Assembly: GCA_039589315.1 (NCBI GenBank)
Contig: JBDHHQ010000046.1
Location: forward strand, 1 to 36,669
Reading direction: 5' to 3'
Source: Gemmatimonadota bacterium
GTDB lineage: Bacteria; Gemmatimonadota; Gemmatimonadetes; Longimicrobiales; Gaopeijiaceae
DNA: 36,669 bases
The notes under the pieces are model-generated. The model searched no databases, was not told where the DNA came from, and was given only the letters and a program-made list of their open reading frames with translations. Made by a program: the position numbers and the translations under genes. This document shows, piece by piece, positions 19,669-29,043 of this stretch (the stretch's first letter is position 1; each line of letters begins with the position of its first letter).

Positions 19669-22338
19669 TCAGTCCGCCCGCATGGCGTCGAGCGGATCGA
19701 TCCGGGTGGACCGCTGGGCCGGCAGCAACGCTGCCACCCACGCCGCCCCGAGCAGCAGGACGGTGACGGTGACCAGGGTGACCGGGTCCGTCGGGGAGAT
19801 CCCGTACAGAAGGCTGGTCAGCACCCGAGTAGACGCGACGGCCCCGACCACCCCCACCACCAGACCCACCGCGACCATGCCCATGGCCCCGGCCAGCACC
19901 GTTTTCCGTACGGCCCCCGGCTGCGCGCCCAGCGCCAGGCGGATGCCGATCTCCCGGGTGTGTCGGGCCACGGCGTACGACACCACGCCGTAGATGCCTA
20001 CGAAGGCCAGGAGAAGCGCCACACCGGCGAATGCCCCGAGCAGATAGAGGGTGAAGCGCCGCTCGGCCAGGCTCCCGACCAGGCGGGTCTCCATGGACGA
20101 GAACCGGGGCGGGACGTCGGGATCGAGCCTCTGCAGGGCCCGGCGTAACGCAGCGGTCGCCTGGGCCGCGTCACCGGTAGCGGCCCGGACCACCATGTTC
20201 GACTCGAATCGGAGTCTGCTGGGGCGCTGGTCCGGCGGGAAGTAGGCCACCGGATCCGCCTCTCGAGCCAGTGAGCGGTAGTGTACATCGCTCACGACGC
20301 CGATCACCGTGGCGAACGGGCGCTCCTGCCAGAAGGCGTCCATTCCCCCACCGCTCACTTGCCTGCCGATGGGATCCTCGCCGGGCCAGGCCTGATCGGC
20401 AAAGGACTGGCTCACCACCACGACGTGGGCACCGTCCGGTCCGTCCCGCCCGTCGAACAGTCGGCCCCGGATCAGCTGAAGGCCCGCGGCGTCGAAGAAC
20501 CCAGCGCTCGCCAGCACATAGCCGCCGACCGTGTGCTTGGAGAGGTCGCCGTCGAGGTCGAGGCGTCCGCTCGGCACGCCGGCCAGCGGCACGGCGCTCA
20601 CGACACCCGCGTGCGAGATCTCGGGCTCGGCCACCAGCGCGGCCTCGAGCTCCTGGTAGAAGCGGGCGTGGTCGGCGGCCTCCTCGTATTTGATCAGGCT
20701 CAGATCCACGTCCGCGGTGACCACGCCCTCGATGTCCACGCCGGAGTCCACGTCGAGCAGGGTGGCGAAGCTGCGGACCAGCAGGCCCGAGCCCACCAGG
20801 AGCACGAACGCCAGGGCCACTTCAGAGCCCACGAGAGCGGTCCACACCCCGCGGCCACCGCCCAGGGTCCCTCCTCGGGCGCCGGCCTTGAGCGCCGGTG
20901 TCACGTCCACACCAGAGAGCCGAAACGCCGGTAGCAACCCGAAGACCAGGGCCGTGACGATGACCACCGCCGCCGTGAAGGCAAGGGCCACGGGGTCGAT
21001 GGAGATTTCGGCCAGGCGCGGCAGGCTGACCGTCCCGAGGCTCCGCAGCGTGCGGACCAGGACCGCCGCGAGGGCCAGACCGGCGCCGCCGCCCAGCGCG
21101 GCCAGCACCAGGCTCTCGGTCAGGAGCTGACGCAGAAGCCTGCCCCGGTCCGCCCCCATGGACGCTCGGATGGCCATCTCCCGTTGGCGGGTCTCGCCGC
21201 GGGCGAGGAGGGTGCTGGCCAGGTTGGTGCAGGCGACCAGCAGCACCAGGGCCGCGGCACCGAGGAGCAGCAGCAACGGCCGGCGGGCCGACCCGGCGAG
21301 CTGCTCCTTCAGCGGCAGCACCAGGGCGCCTTCGGCCAGGAAGTCGGGATCGGCTGGCTCGTCTGCCACCACGGCCTGTGTGATCGCGTCCAGCTCCTGG
21401 TCGGCCATCTCCGGGGTGACTCCCGGCGCGAGCCGTCCGACGACCCGCCAGTTGTGAGCTGTCCGACTCGTGGAGGTGGGAAAGACGGGCCGCCACAACT
21501 CGGCGCCGAAGGGGAAGTCCAGAGCGGAAGGAACGACGCCGATCGCCTGAAGCCGCTCCCCCGCGACCTCCAGGACCACCTCGTCCAGGGGGCGAGCCGA
21601 CAGCTCGTTGCGCCAGAAGTCCTCCCGCAACACGACGACCCCCGGCCCACCCTCCACGTGGTCCGCCGGCACGGTCAGCCTGCCTGTCACGGGACGAACA
21701 GGGAATACCTTCCAGAAGTCTTCGGTGATGCCGCCCACCCTCACCCGCAGCGGACGGTCGGCCCCCAGCACTGTCGTGGTCCAGCCGTTGAAGGCGGTGA
21801 GTCCGGTGAAGCTCCGGCTCTGCTTCCGCCAGTCCGAGAAGTTGGGCCAGGCGACGGGCAGCGAGCGGGACCGGGTGTCCTGCCACTCGTCGACCCAGAC
21901 CACCGCGTCGGGCTCGGGATAGGGCAGCGACCGAAGCAGCACGCTGTTCACGACGCTGAAGATCGCCGTGTTGGCGCCCATGCCGAGGGCCAGCGTCAGC
22001 ACCGCGACGACGGTGAACAAGGGGGACTGAACGAGCGTGCGGGCAGCGAACCGGAGGTCCGTCGCGAGGTTGGACATGAGGATCCTCGTGCCGTGGGCGG
22101 TCCGTGATGGGGGGCTCGGCGGCGCGCCCCATCGCTCCCGGAGCGCATGGGTGAGCGTGTCAACGAGTAGCCGGGTCCAGAACCTGAACCGGGACGGGGT
22201 ACCGGTCCGCTCCCGCTGGGCCCTGAGATGCAGGAACAGCCGCTCCATGTCCGGGCCATTCCTGAGGCGGAAGTCCCGCGGAAAGAGCCGGAGGGCACCG
22301 CGATACACGTGGAGCCCGGTGTCCAGCTGGGGGGTCAT
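19669..22338 (-). CDS. Duplicated MacB/FtsX ABC permease (ADOP-type)
   Basis: [66 protein letters not shown]. Confidence 0.92.
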   Translation of the reverse strand: MTPQLDTGLHVYRGALRLFPRDFRLRNGPDMERLFLHLRAQRERTGTPSRFRFWTRLLVDTLTHALRERWGAPPSPPSRTAHGTRILMSNLATDLRFAARTLVQSPLFTVVAVLTLALGMGANTAIFSVVNSVLLRSLPYPEPDAVVWVDEWQDTRSRSLPVAWPNFSDWRKQSRSFTGLTAFNGWTTTVLGADRPLRVRVGGITEDFWKVFPVRPVTGRLTVPADHVEGGPGVVVLREDFWRNELSARPLDEVVLEVAGERLQAIGVVPSALDFPFGAELWRPVFPTSTSRTAHNWRVVGRLAPGVTPEMADQELDAITQAVVADEPADPDFLAEGALVLPLKEQLAGSARRPLLLLLGAAALVLLVACTNLASTLLARGETRQREMAIRASMGADRGRLLRQLLTESLVLAALGGGAGLALAAVLVRTLRSLGTVSLPRLAEISIDPVALAFTAAVVIVTALVFGLLPAFRLSGVDVTPALKAGARGGTLGGGRGVWTALVGSEVALAFVLLVGSGLLVRSFATLLDVDSGVDIEGVVTADVDLSLIKYEEAADHARFYQELEAALVAEPEISHAGVVSAVPLAGVPSGRLDLDGDLSKHTVGGYVLASAGFFDAAGLQLIRGRLFDGRDGPDGAHVVVVSQSFADQAWPGEDPIGRQVSGGGMDAFWQERPFATVIGVVSDVHYRSLAREADPVAYFPPDQRPSRLRFESNMVVRAATGDAAQATAALRRALQRLDPDVPPRFSSMETRLVGSLAERRFTLYLLGAFAGVALLLAFVGIYGVVSYAVARHTREIGIRLALGAQPGAVRKTVLAGAMGMVAVGLVVGVVGAVASTRVLTSLLYGISPTDPVTLVTVTVLLLGAAWVAALLPAQRSTRIDPLDAMRAD

Positions 22339-22658
22339 GTCGCGGCGGCCTTCTTGGCGTCAGCCACCCATCGACCGAGCATCTCGGCCTCCTCGGCGAG
22401 GCGGGCGCGGCCCGGCGCGGTGAGTGTGTAGTACTGGCGGCGCTCGTCGTCGGGCGCGCCCGCCGGAGGTTCGATCCTGCACAGCAACCCTTCCCCCTCC
22501 AGCGTTTCCAGCGAACGATACAGCATGGCCGGCCACAGGTGCATGTGGCCCTCCGTGCGGCGCAGCACCTCGCTCTGGATGCCGATGCCGTGGAGGTCCT
22601 CACCAGCGAGGGCCAGGAGGATCTGGAACCACTGGGGCTTCATCGGTCGTGGGATCAT
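22335..22658 (-). CDS. PadR family transcriptional regulator
   Basis: [32 protein letters not shown]; stop overlaps the permease ATG. Start 22658 or 22643. Confidence 0.88.
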   Translation of the reverse strand: MIPRPMKPQWFQILLALAGEDLHGIGIQSEVLRRTEGHMHLWPAMLYRSLETLEGEGLLCRIEPPAGAPDDERRQYYTLTAPGRARLAEEAEMLGRWVADAKKAAAT

Positions 22659-22688
22659 CGACTCGCACCCGCCAAAGTGTAGATCAAG

Positions 22689-22713
22689 TGATATATGTAT
22701 CCTTTGATATATG
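22689..22713. promoter_or_regulatory. Putative PadR operator (direct repeat)
   Basis: TGATATATG at 22689 and 22705 in an AT-rich patch just upstream of padR. Confidence 0.45.
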
Positions 22714-22972
22714 GTTGGGCGCAAAGGTTGGAAAGGGGAGTCCGCGAGTCGGACTCTCCCACGGATATCGCGAAGACGGGTCCGATGAGGAGGAACGGCT
22801 CGGAGAGAGGCGAGTCCGCGCACACTGCTCCGCCTGTGGCTCGCGGGGCTCATGGACATTTCACCTGCGGTCGGCCATCGTCCACGCTAGCGCCGCGGGT
22901 TTCGTGTCGGAGCGCAGCATCGAAGGCGTAAGGCGCGAAGTCGAAGGGGACGATACAACCGAGGAGTCAATC

Positions 22973-23308
22973 GTGAACGACGACAGCACCAGCCCGGCGA
23001 CACCCTCCACCGATTCGACGTACGAGGTCCTCGTCGACGACAATTACCACTACATGGATGAGAAGGAGCGTTACAGCGCAGGAGTGTTTCCGACCTATGG
23101 CGAAGCCCTGGCCCACGCCAAGCAGATCGTGGACGAGTCTCTGCGCGAGTTTCTCGAGCCCGGCAACAGCGCCGGCGACCTCATAAGGAGCTACGTCCTT
23201 TTCGGAGTAGATCCGTGGATCAGGCCGACGCCCGAAGGAATCGAACGCTTTTCGGCCAGGGACTACGCGAGACAACGCGCAACGGAAATCGCGAGCCCGG
23301 ACCCGTAG
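22973..23308 (+). CDS. Small hypothetical protein
   Basis: GAGGAG RBS and GTG start. YEVLVDDNYHYMDEKERY...FSARDYA reads like a real protein. Confidence 0.7.
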   Translation: MNDDSTSPATPSTDSTYEVLVDDNYHYMDEKERYSAGVFPTYGEALAHAKQIVDESLREFLEPGNSAGDLIRSYVLFGVDPWIRPTPEGIERFSARDYARQRATEIASPDP

Positions 23309-23425
23309 CGAGCCAGCCGGCCAGGAGCGAGATCGCCCTGGGCTGTCCCCCGTTCCGAGTCTAGGTTGTTGTCGGGCCCCCCTACATCGGTCACCCCCGG
23401 AAAGCAAGACGGGCGATACAAAACG

Positions 23426-24649
23426 ATGACCAGCCGAAGAGAGTTCCTGGCGGTAGCCGGGGCTAGCGCGCTCGGAGGCCCCGGCCGCACACAAGCCAAA
23501 CCCACCGGCTGGCTGGACCTGGATCCACCGGCGAATCCACAGCCCGCCAACGACCGCATCGACCCCTGGATCGAGCTGGACCGCGCGGCGTTCCGCACGA
23601 ATCTCGGGTTCCTCGCCGCGCGCGCGGGGCGTCCCATTCTGGCGGTCGTCAAGTGCAACGGCTATGGCCTGGACCACCGGGTCGTCGGCCCGCTGCTGGA
23701 CTCTGCGCCAGAAGTCTGGGGACTGGCGGTTGTCAACGCCGAAGAGGCGGTCCAGCTACGTGACAGCGGGGTTCGAAAGCCCGTCCTGCTGATGGGCGAC
23801 TTCATCGCGTCTGCCGAGGGTGACCTGTCGGAGCGGGATATCACGCTGGCCGTGTACACGGCCGACGCCCCGGATCGGCTGGCAGCCATGGCCCGGAGAA
23901 CGGGAAGAGCCGTCAAGGTACACCTCTACATCGACACCGGCTTTCACCGGCTCGGCATGGACCACCGGTCAGCGGGGCCCTGGGTCGAGTCATTGGCGAG
24001 GAGTGAAGCTGTCGCCATAACCGGCACGATGACGGAGCTCACGCAGAGACACGAGTTCGACCGGCTGCAGATCGCCCGATTCGCGGAGTTCGCCGACGCC
24101 ATGCAGAGCAAAGGCATCGGACTCGGTCTGCTCCATGCGTCTGCCTCGGATGGAATCATCAATCACCCGGAGGGCCGGTTCGACATGATTCGTCCCGGCA
24201 ACCTGATCTACGGGATCCCCGCCAGTGCGGCGGACGACGAAGAAGCCGCGCCGGTCCGCGTGGTCTACCGAATGAAGACGCGCGTAATCAGGGTGGTTCA
24301 GCTGCAGAAAGGCGAGACCCTGGGCTACGACCAAGCCTTCGCGCCGGAGCGCGAGACCGACGTGGCGATCATCAAGTGCGGCCGCACGGACGGCTACGTC
24401 TATCGACAGCTCGGCCAGGGCAGCCACGCACTCATCAAGGGCCGTCCGTATCCGCTGGTCTCAGCCATAAACTCCAGCCACTGCTACGCGGACCTCGGGA
24501 AGAACCACGGTATCGAGCGTCTGGACGTGGTTACGATGATCGGGCCCGAGGAAGGCCTGCGGCCTCAGGACCTGGCGGCGATGAACCAGGGTCTGGGTCG
24601 CTACGAGGGCTTCAACATCAGCGCGCGGGTACCGAAGTACTTGATGTGA
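23426..24649 (+). CDS. Alanine racemase-family PLP enzyme with Tat signal peptide
   Basis: SRREFL twin-Arg motif, WIELD, AVVKCNGYG (PLP Lys), IDTGFHRLG, DMIRPG, GETLGY (catalytic Tyr position). Confidence 0.85.
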   Translation: MTSRREFLAVAGASALGGPGRTQAKPTGWLDLDPPANPQPANDRIDPWIELDRAAFRTNLGFLAARAGRPILAVVKCNGYGLDHRVVGPLLDSAPEVWGLAVVNAEEAVQLRDSGVRKPVLLMGDFIASAEGDLSERDITLAVYTADAPDRLAAMARRTGRAVKVHLYIDTGFHRLGMDHRSAGPWVESLARSEAVAITGTMTELTQRHEFDRLQIARFAEFADAMQSKGIGLGLLHASASDGIINHPEGRFDMIRPGNLIYGIPASAADDEEAAPVRVVYRMKTRVIRVVQLQKGETLGYDQAFAPERETDVAIIKCGRTDGYVYRQLGQGSHALIKGRPYPLVSAINSSHCYADLGKNHGIERLDVVTMIGPEEGLRPQDLAAMNQGLGRYEGFNISARVPKYLM

Positions 24650-24987
24650 AACGTCGCCGGCCAATCGACCTTCGCTGGTCGCTCCGGCCACGCCGAGTAC
24701 CATCTCCCCCGCGCCACCACCCCCGAACACCACCCCCGGAGTCGCCCGTCAGCTTCACCCTGGACTACGGCCGCTGTCCCGTGAGACCAGCTCCCTGATG
24801 AGAAGATCGGCGAGCTCATCGAAGTGTTTGAGAGGGCACACGCTCAGGTTCTTGATCGCTGAGCCCGTTACGGTCGCGCGCCGCGGTCGCACGACCCGAC
24901 GACGCTCCCGGCCCTCAGCGCGCGAAGGCCAGAGACCTAGGTGGCCCCTGGCCTGTACACGAAGACGATGGTCGGTGTCCGTCTACG

Positions 24988-25350
24988 CTACGTCGTGACG
25001 ACACGATCGGCGGCGGCCACCTTTTCGGCGAGATGCGTCGGCGTCAGATACCCTTCGCCACACCAGGCCGTGACAAGCTCTTCCGCGACCCCACGGGCGC
25101 GGCAGCACGCGCCTCACCCATAGACCGGGATCTGGTTGGACCTCATGTACTCCAGCAGTTCCTTGACGCTGGGCAGTCCCACCGGCTGCACGTTGGCCGC
25201 GACGGTCTCGTTGAAGAGCACGACGGCGTCTCCCTGCAGAGCGATCTCCACGTCGTGCCCGGCCTCCTTCGCGCCCTTGGCCATGAGCAGGTTCAATCCT
25301 GCGCGAGTCGGATCTTCCGATCCGGACGAACCGAGGTAGAGGAACTTCAT
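24988..25350 (-). CDS. DsrE-family protein, probable selenoprotein (in-frame UGA at 25114-25116)
   Basis: GGGAGG RBS. MKFLYLGSSGSEDPTRA...LQGDAV...IPVYG-[UGA]-GACCRARGV...KVAAADRVVTT-TAG gives a complete 120-aa DsrE with UxxC. Confidence 0.85.
25066..25113 (-). promoter_or_regulatory. Candidate bacterial SECIS element
   Basis: Directly 3' of the UGA: inner stem CCGCG-CCC-[GUG]-GGG-U-CGCGG and outer pairing GGC..CGUG/CACG-GCC. The GU-containing apical loop is about 19 nt from the UGA. Confidence 0.65.
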
Positions 25351-25586
25351 CGCTGCCCTCCCTGCGAGTGTCGCTGGTTGCCACGCGTACACATTCCAGT
25401 CGCCGAACCTGTCCGGGCGACGAGCCATGCGTATCAACTGAAACGTATCACGCCACCACAGAAAAACCTATTCGCTCGACGCCTTGGCGGCACAGTTTCC
25501 GGCACAGTGTGGCAGAGTCTTCGGTACCGCCACGGTCCATCCCATCCCGCCGCTGCGGGCCAAGGATAGTCGGCGGGTCCGAGACG

Positions 25587-26051
25587 TCAGATCGCCAGGG
25601 CAGTCAACGGCTTCAGATCCGGCTTGACCCAATGGGACCGGGCCTCCGGGGACCAGAGCACCTCGTCACTGAAGAACTCCGAGGCCAGCCGCCTCTGATC
25701 CCAGAACTGTCCCACCAGGGCATTCGCCAACGAGAGCACGTCGCCCTTGTCCGGGCTGAACGACCGTAGAAACATCCGCACGACCGCCAGCCAGAAGACC
25801 GTCAGGGTCTCGTGATACCCCCCCCGCGGGGTGGTGGAGATCCCATGGGCATGGTTGTACCGCTGGATGCCCAGGATCATGCGCCGGGTCGCTTCGTGCT
25901 CCCTGTAGTGGTACAGGTACCAGAGCGCCACGGACAGGTGTGCCCGATGGTCCCACTCCGCCCTGGGCAGCGCACCCGACTCGAAGTCGTCCACCAACTC
26001 GGCGAGCTCTACGCACGTCCTGAAGGGCCGCGGCCCGGCCTGCCTCTTCAT
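25587..26051 (-). CDS. Conserved-looking hypothetical protein with His-rich motifs
   Basis: WDHRAHL, GYHETLTVFW, EARSHWVKPDL; ATG overlaps the glutaminase stop (ATGA). Confidence 0.75.
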   Translation of the reverse strand: MKRQAGPRPFRTCVELAELVDDFESGALPRAEWDHRAHLSVALWYLYHYREHEATRRMILGIQRYNHAHGISTTPRGGYHETLTVFWLAVVRMFLRSFSPDKGDVLSLANALVGQFWDQRRLASEFFSDEVLWSPEARSHWVKPDLKPLTALAI

Positions 26052-27670
26052 GATGCCTCCTCCAGGGCCGTCACGACGTCCTCGTGGCCAGCCCGCAATG
26101 CGTCGTCCAGGGGCGTCGCACCCCACCGGTCGAGAGGTGCGGGATCGACGCCGCTACCCAGAAGGTACGACACGACCGCGACCTGTCCCTCCGCAGCGGC
26201 CAGGTGCAGCGGAGTGCGTCCGTCGTAGTCGGCGTGGTTGGGGTTCGCGCCCTCGGCGACGAGGACGCGCAAGCCCGGGAGGTCGCCCTCCGACGCGGCC
26301 CAGCACAGGTCCACGACGCTCGCCTGGCGGGCCCTCCGGTCCTGGCGGCGGGGGTCCTTCTTCCCATGGGCGCCGCCCACCAGGCTGTCGTAGTTGTGGA
26401 AGTTGAATTTCTTTACGAGCCGCTGGCAGAACTCGACCCCCCGCACGCTGTTGCCCAACGCGTCCAGCCGGGGGGACCACACGGCCAGGCCCATGACGTT
26501 GGGAACGACCACCACGATCGCTCCGCTCACGCCGCTCTTCGCGGGCAGCCCGACGCTGAACGCCCACTCGCCGCTGAAGTCGTACATGCCGCAGGAGTAC
26601 ATGAGCGACAGGCACTTTTGCACGGTCTCAGGACCGAAGACCACTTCTCCGGTCAACGGGCAGACGCCCCCGTTGGCCAGAGTGGCCGCCACCACGGAGA
26701 ACGCCCTGGCCGTGATCTGGAGTGAGCAGCACTGGAAGTAGAAGTCCAACACCTCGAGCAGATCCGTGCCCTCGGGAAACGCCCCGTTCTCACGCAGGAA
26801 GTACCCCAGCGCGAAGTTCCGGTCGGCGGTCCGCCGCTCGGAGAGGTAGGTGGCGTTGTCGAAGCCGGGCGCTACCCCGCCGGAGAGCCGGGTCCACATG
26901 TCCACCACATATTCGAATCGCTCGGCCACCCCGAGGTCGGGTCGGATCAACGCGGCGCTCATGATGGCACCGGCGTTGATCATGGGGTTGTGGGGCAGCC
27001 CCTTGCTGTTGAGCGCCAGCTCGTTGAAGCTCTGGCCGCTCGGTTCCCGACCCACGTGCCGATGCACGCCCTCCTCGCCGTGGTGCTCGAGGGCAAGGCT
27101 GTAGCTGATGGGCTTGCTCGAAGACTGGACCGAGAAGGGCACGCCGGCGTCGCCCAGCGACAACCGTTGACCGTCGACCGTGCACAGACCCAGTCCGAAG
27201 AGATCGGGATCGACCCTGCCCAGCTGGGGGATGTACGACGCCGCTTCCCCGCCCTCATTGGCCCGAGTCGCCTCGAACAACCGCTCGATGTCAGCCGAGA
27301 AGCTCGCGAAATCCGGCACCGCGAGGTTCCCGAGTAGGGCCCGCTCGACGAGCAGGCTCGATGGCTGAATCACCCGCCGAAAGGCGTCCCTGTCCAAAGG
27401 AATCGGATCGTCGGCCGCCTCGTCCTCCAGCGCCCGGATCAACGAGAGGGTCTTATCCAGCCGAGGGTCCCTCGCCTCGAGCCCGGCGACCTCGAGCTTC
27501 CTGATCAGCTTCCGCGGGGATACCTGATCCTGCCCCGGGTCGGCCACCAGGTCGAAGAGCTGGCCATCCCGTCCCCCCGCTCCTTCTCCGGGGCGAGTGT
27601 CCCCCGGATCGAAGGAGGACACGCTCACCGCCTCGGCCAACCGGGGCGGGTTCTGCGCTAGCGAGATCAT
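26048..27670 (-). CDS. glsA: Glutaminase A with N-terminal EF-hand-like region and C-terminal ankyrin repeats
   Basis: ASYIPQL, QSSSKP (SxxK), GREPSG, HNPMINAGAI, SCGMYDFSG, PAKSGVSG, GNSVRG; ankyrin DYDGRTPLHLAAAEG and DRWGATPLDDA. Confidence 0.93.
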   Translation of the reverse strand: MISLAQNPPRLAEAVSVSSFDPGDTRPGEGAGGRDGQLFDLVADPGQDQVSPRKLIRKLEVAGLEARDPRLDKTLSLIRALEDEAADDPIPLDRDAFRRVIQPSSLLVERALLGNLAVPDFASFSADIERLFEATRANEGGEAASYIPQLGRVDPDLFGLGLCTVDGQRLSLGDAGVPFSVQSSSKPISYSLALEHHGEEGVHRHVGREPSGQSFNELALNSKGLPHNPMINAGAIMSAALIRPDLGVAERFEYVVDMWTRLSGGVAPGFDNATYLSERRTADRNFALGYFLRENGAFPEGTDLLEVLDFYFQCCSLQITARAFSVVAATLANGGVCPLTGEVVFGPETVQKCLSLMYSCGMYDFSGEWAFSVGLPAKSGVSGAIVVVVPNVMGLAVWSPRLDALGNSVRGVEFCQRLVKKFNFHNYDSLVGGAHGKKDPRRQDRRARQASVVDLCWAASEGDLPGLRVLVAEGANPNHADYDGRTPLHLAAAEGQVAVVSYLLGSGVDPAPLDRWGATPLDDALRAGHEDVVTALEEAS

Positions 27671-27671
27671 G

Positions 27672-28952
27672 TCAGCCTCCCTGGGTGACGGCGCGGTTCG
27701 AGTCCGCCAAGCCGGTAAGGGTGTGCCGGTCCCGCGCGTAGGCGCGCTCCGCGTGCTCGAACAGATCGATGCCGTACTCTTCCGCGATGCGAGAGGCACG
27801 CAGCCCAACCGTGGCCCGGATGGCCGTGAGGATCACGACCGTGCCGCACGCTGCGAAGGTGGCTGCTGCCACCACGCCCACGACCTGTGCCCACATGAGC
27901 CCGGGGTCGCCTGCCAACAGGCCGTCCGCTCCACCTGCGTTCACCGCCGTCGTGGCGAACACGCCGGTCAGGATCGATCCCACGATGCCTCCCACCCCGT
28001 GGCAGGCGAACACGTCCAGCGTGTCGTCCAGGCGAGTGCGGCTCAGCACTCGCAGGGCCGCGAAGCTGGCACCCGCCGTCACCGCGCCGATGAGCATGGC
28101 CGCCATCGGCGTCACGAAGCCTGCCCCCGGTGTGATGGCCACCAGTCCAACAACCGCGGCGATCGACGATCCGGTCGCAGTGGGGCGACCCGACATGAGC
28201 CCCTCCAGAGCGATCCACGCCACGACCGCCGCCGCGGCACTCAGCATGGTGGTCACCACCGCGTGGGCAGCCAGCCCGTCGGCGGCAAGCGCTGAACCGG
28301 CGTTGAATCCGAACCAACCGAACCAGAGCAGGGACGCGCCCAGCACGACGAACGGCACGTTGTGAGGGGTGGCCTCCGTCTCCGAGTCCGTGGCTCCGTT
28401 CCTCGGTCCAAGCATCATTGCCGCCACCAGGGCTGAGACCCCGGCGCTCACATGGACCACGGTTCCGCCGGCAAAGTCCAGCGCACCCATCTCTCCGATC
28501 CACCCGCCCGGCCCCCATACCCAGTGTGCCAGCGGATTGTAGACCAGCAGTCCCCAAAACAGGATGAACAGCACGTAGGCGCGGAACTTCATCCGCCCCA
28601 CGACGGCGCCGGAAATCAGCGCGGGTGTGATGATGGCGAACATCATCTGAAACGCCATGAAGGCCATGTGGGGAATGCCCTCGGCGTACCGCGGCTCGAC
28701 GGCCGCCGTGACGCCACCGAGGCCGATCCACTCCAGCCCTCCGACCCACGCCGAGCCGGGGGCGAAGGCCATCGAGTACCCGATCAGGGCCCATTCGATG
28801 GCGATGATGCCCAGGGCGACGAAGCTCATCTTGATGGTGTTGACCACCTGCTTCTCGCGCACTAGGCCGCAGTAGAAGAACGCCAATCCGGGCGTCATGA
28901 GCAGCACCAGGGCGACGCTCACCAGGACCCACGCCGTGCTTCCGGTATCCAT
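27672..28952 (-). CDS. amtB: Ammonium transporter
   Basis: LMTPGLAFFY, FQMMFA, DFAGGTVVH, WFGWFGFNAGS, DDTLDVFACHG (both pore His present), C-tail EEYGIDLFEH. Confidence 0.95.
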   Translation of the reverse strand: MDTGSTAWVLVSVALVLLMTPGLAFFYCGLVREKQVVNTIKMSFVALGIIAIEWALIGYSMAFAPGSAWVGGLEWIGLGGVTAAVEPRYAEGIPHMAFMAFQMMFAIITPALISGAVVGRMKFRAYVLFILFWGLLVYNPLAHWVWGPGGWIGEMGALDFAGGTVVHVSAGVSALVAAMMLGPRNGATDSETEATPHNVPFVVLGASLLWFGWFGFNAGSALAADGLAAHAVVTTMLSAAAAVVAWIALEGLMSGRPTATGSSIAAVVGLVAITPGAGFVTPMAAMLIGAVTAGASFAALRVLSRTRLDDTLDVFACHGVGGIVGSILTGVFATTAVNAGGADGLLAGDPGLMWAQVVGVVAAATFAACGTVVILTAIRATVGLRASRIAEEYGIDLFEHAERAYARDRHTLTGLADSNRAVTQGG

Positions 28953-28996
28953 GATCTATGTCTCCTCTCCACGCAGTCGTGTATTGCCCGGGAACG

Positions 28997-29029
28997 GTCC
29001 GGGCGCCCACGAGGGGTAGGCGCCCGGAC
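28997..29029. other. Intercistronic hairpin between glnII and amt
   Basis: 11-bp perfect inverted repeat GTCCGGGCGCC...GGCGCCCGGAC with no U-tract. Confidence 0.55.
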
Positions 29030-29043
29030 GCGCACCGCGGATG

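Noticed and set aside
22850..22935. Degenerate integron attC before the small ORF 22973-23308 (ends ...AAGGCGTAAGGC)
   Set aside because: No RYYYAAC left end, no proper GTTRRRY, no second site and no integrase.
24780..24862. Coding-like fragment LPDEKIGELIEVFERAHAQVLDR*
   Set aside because: Preceded by an in-frame stop and has no start; too short to assign.
25114..25437. 107-aa ORF-track version of the DsrE gene
   Set aside because: The RBS supports ATG 25350, and the 'stop' falls at the catalytic Cys position with DsrE-like sequence continuing, so it was replaced by the read-through model.
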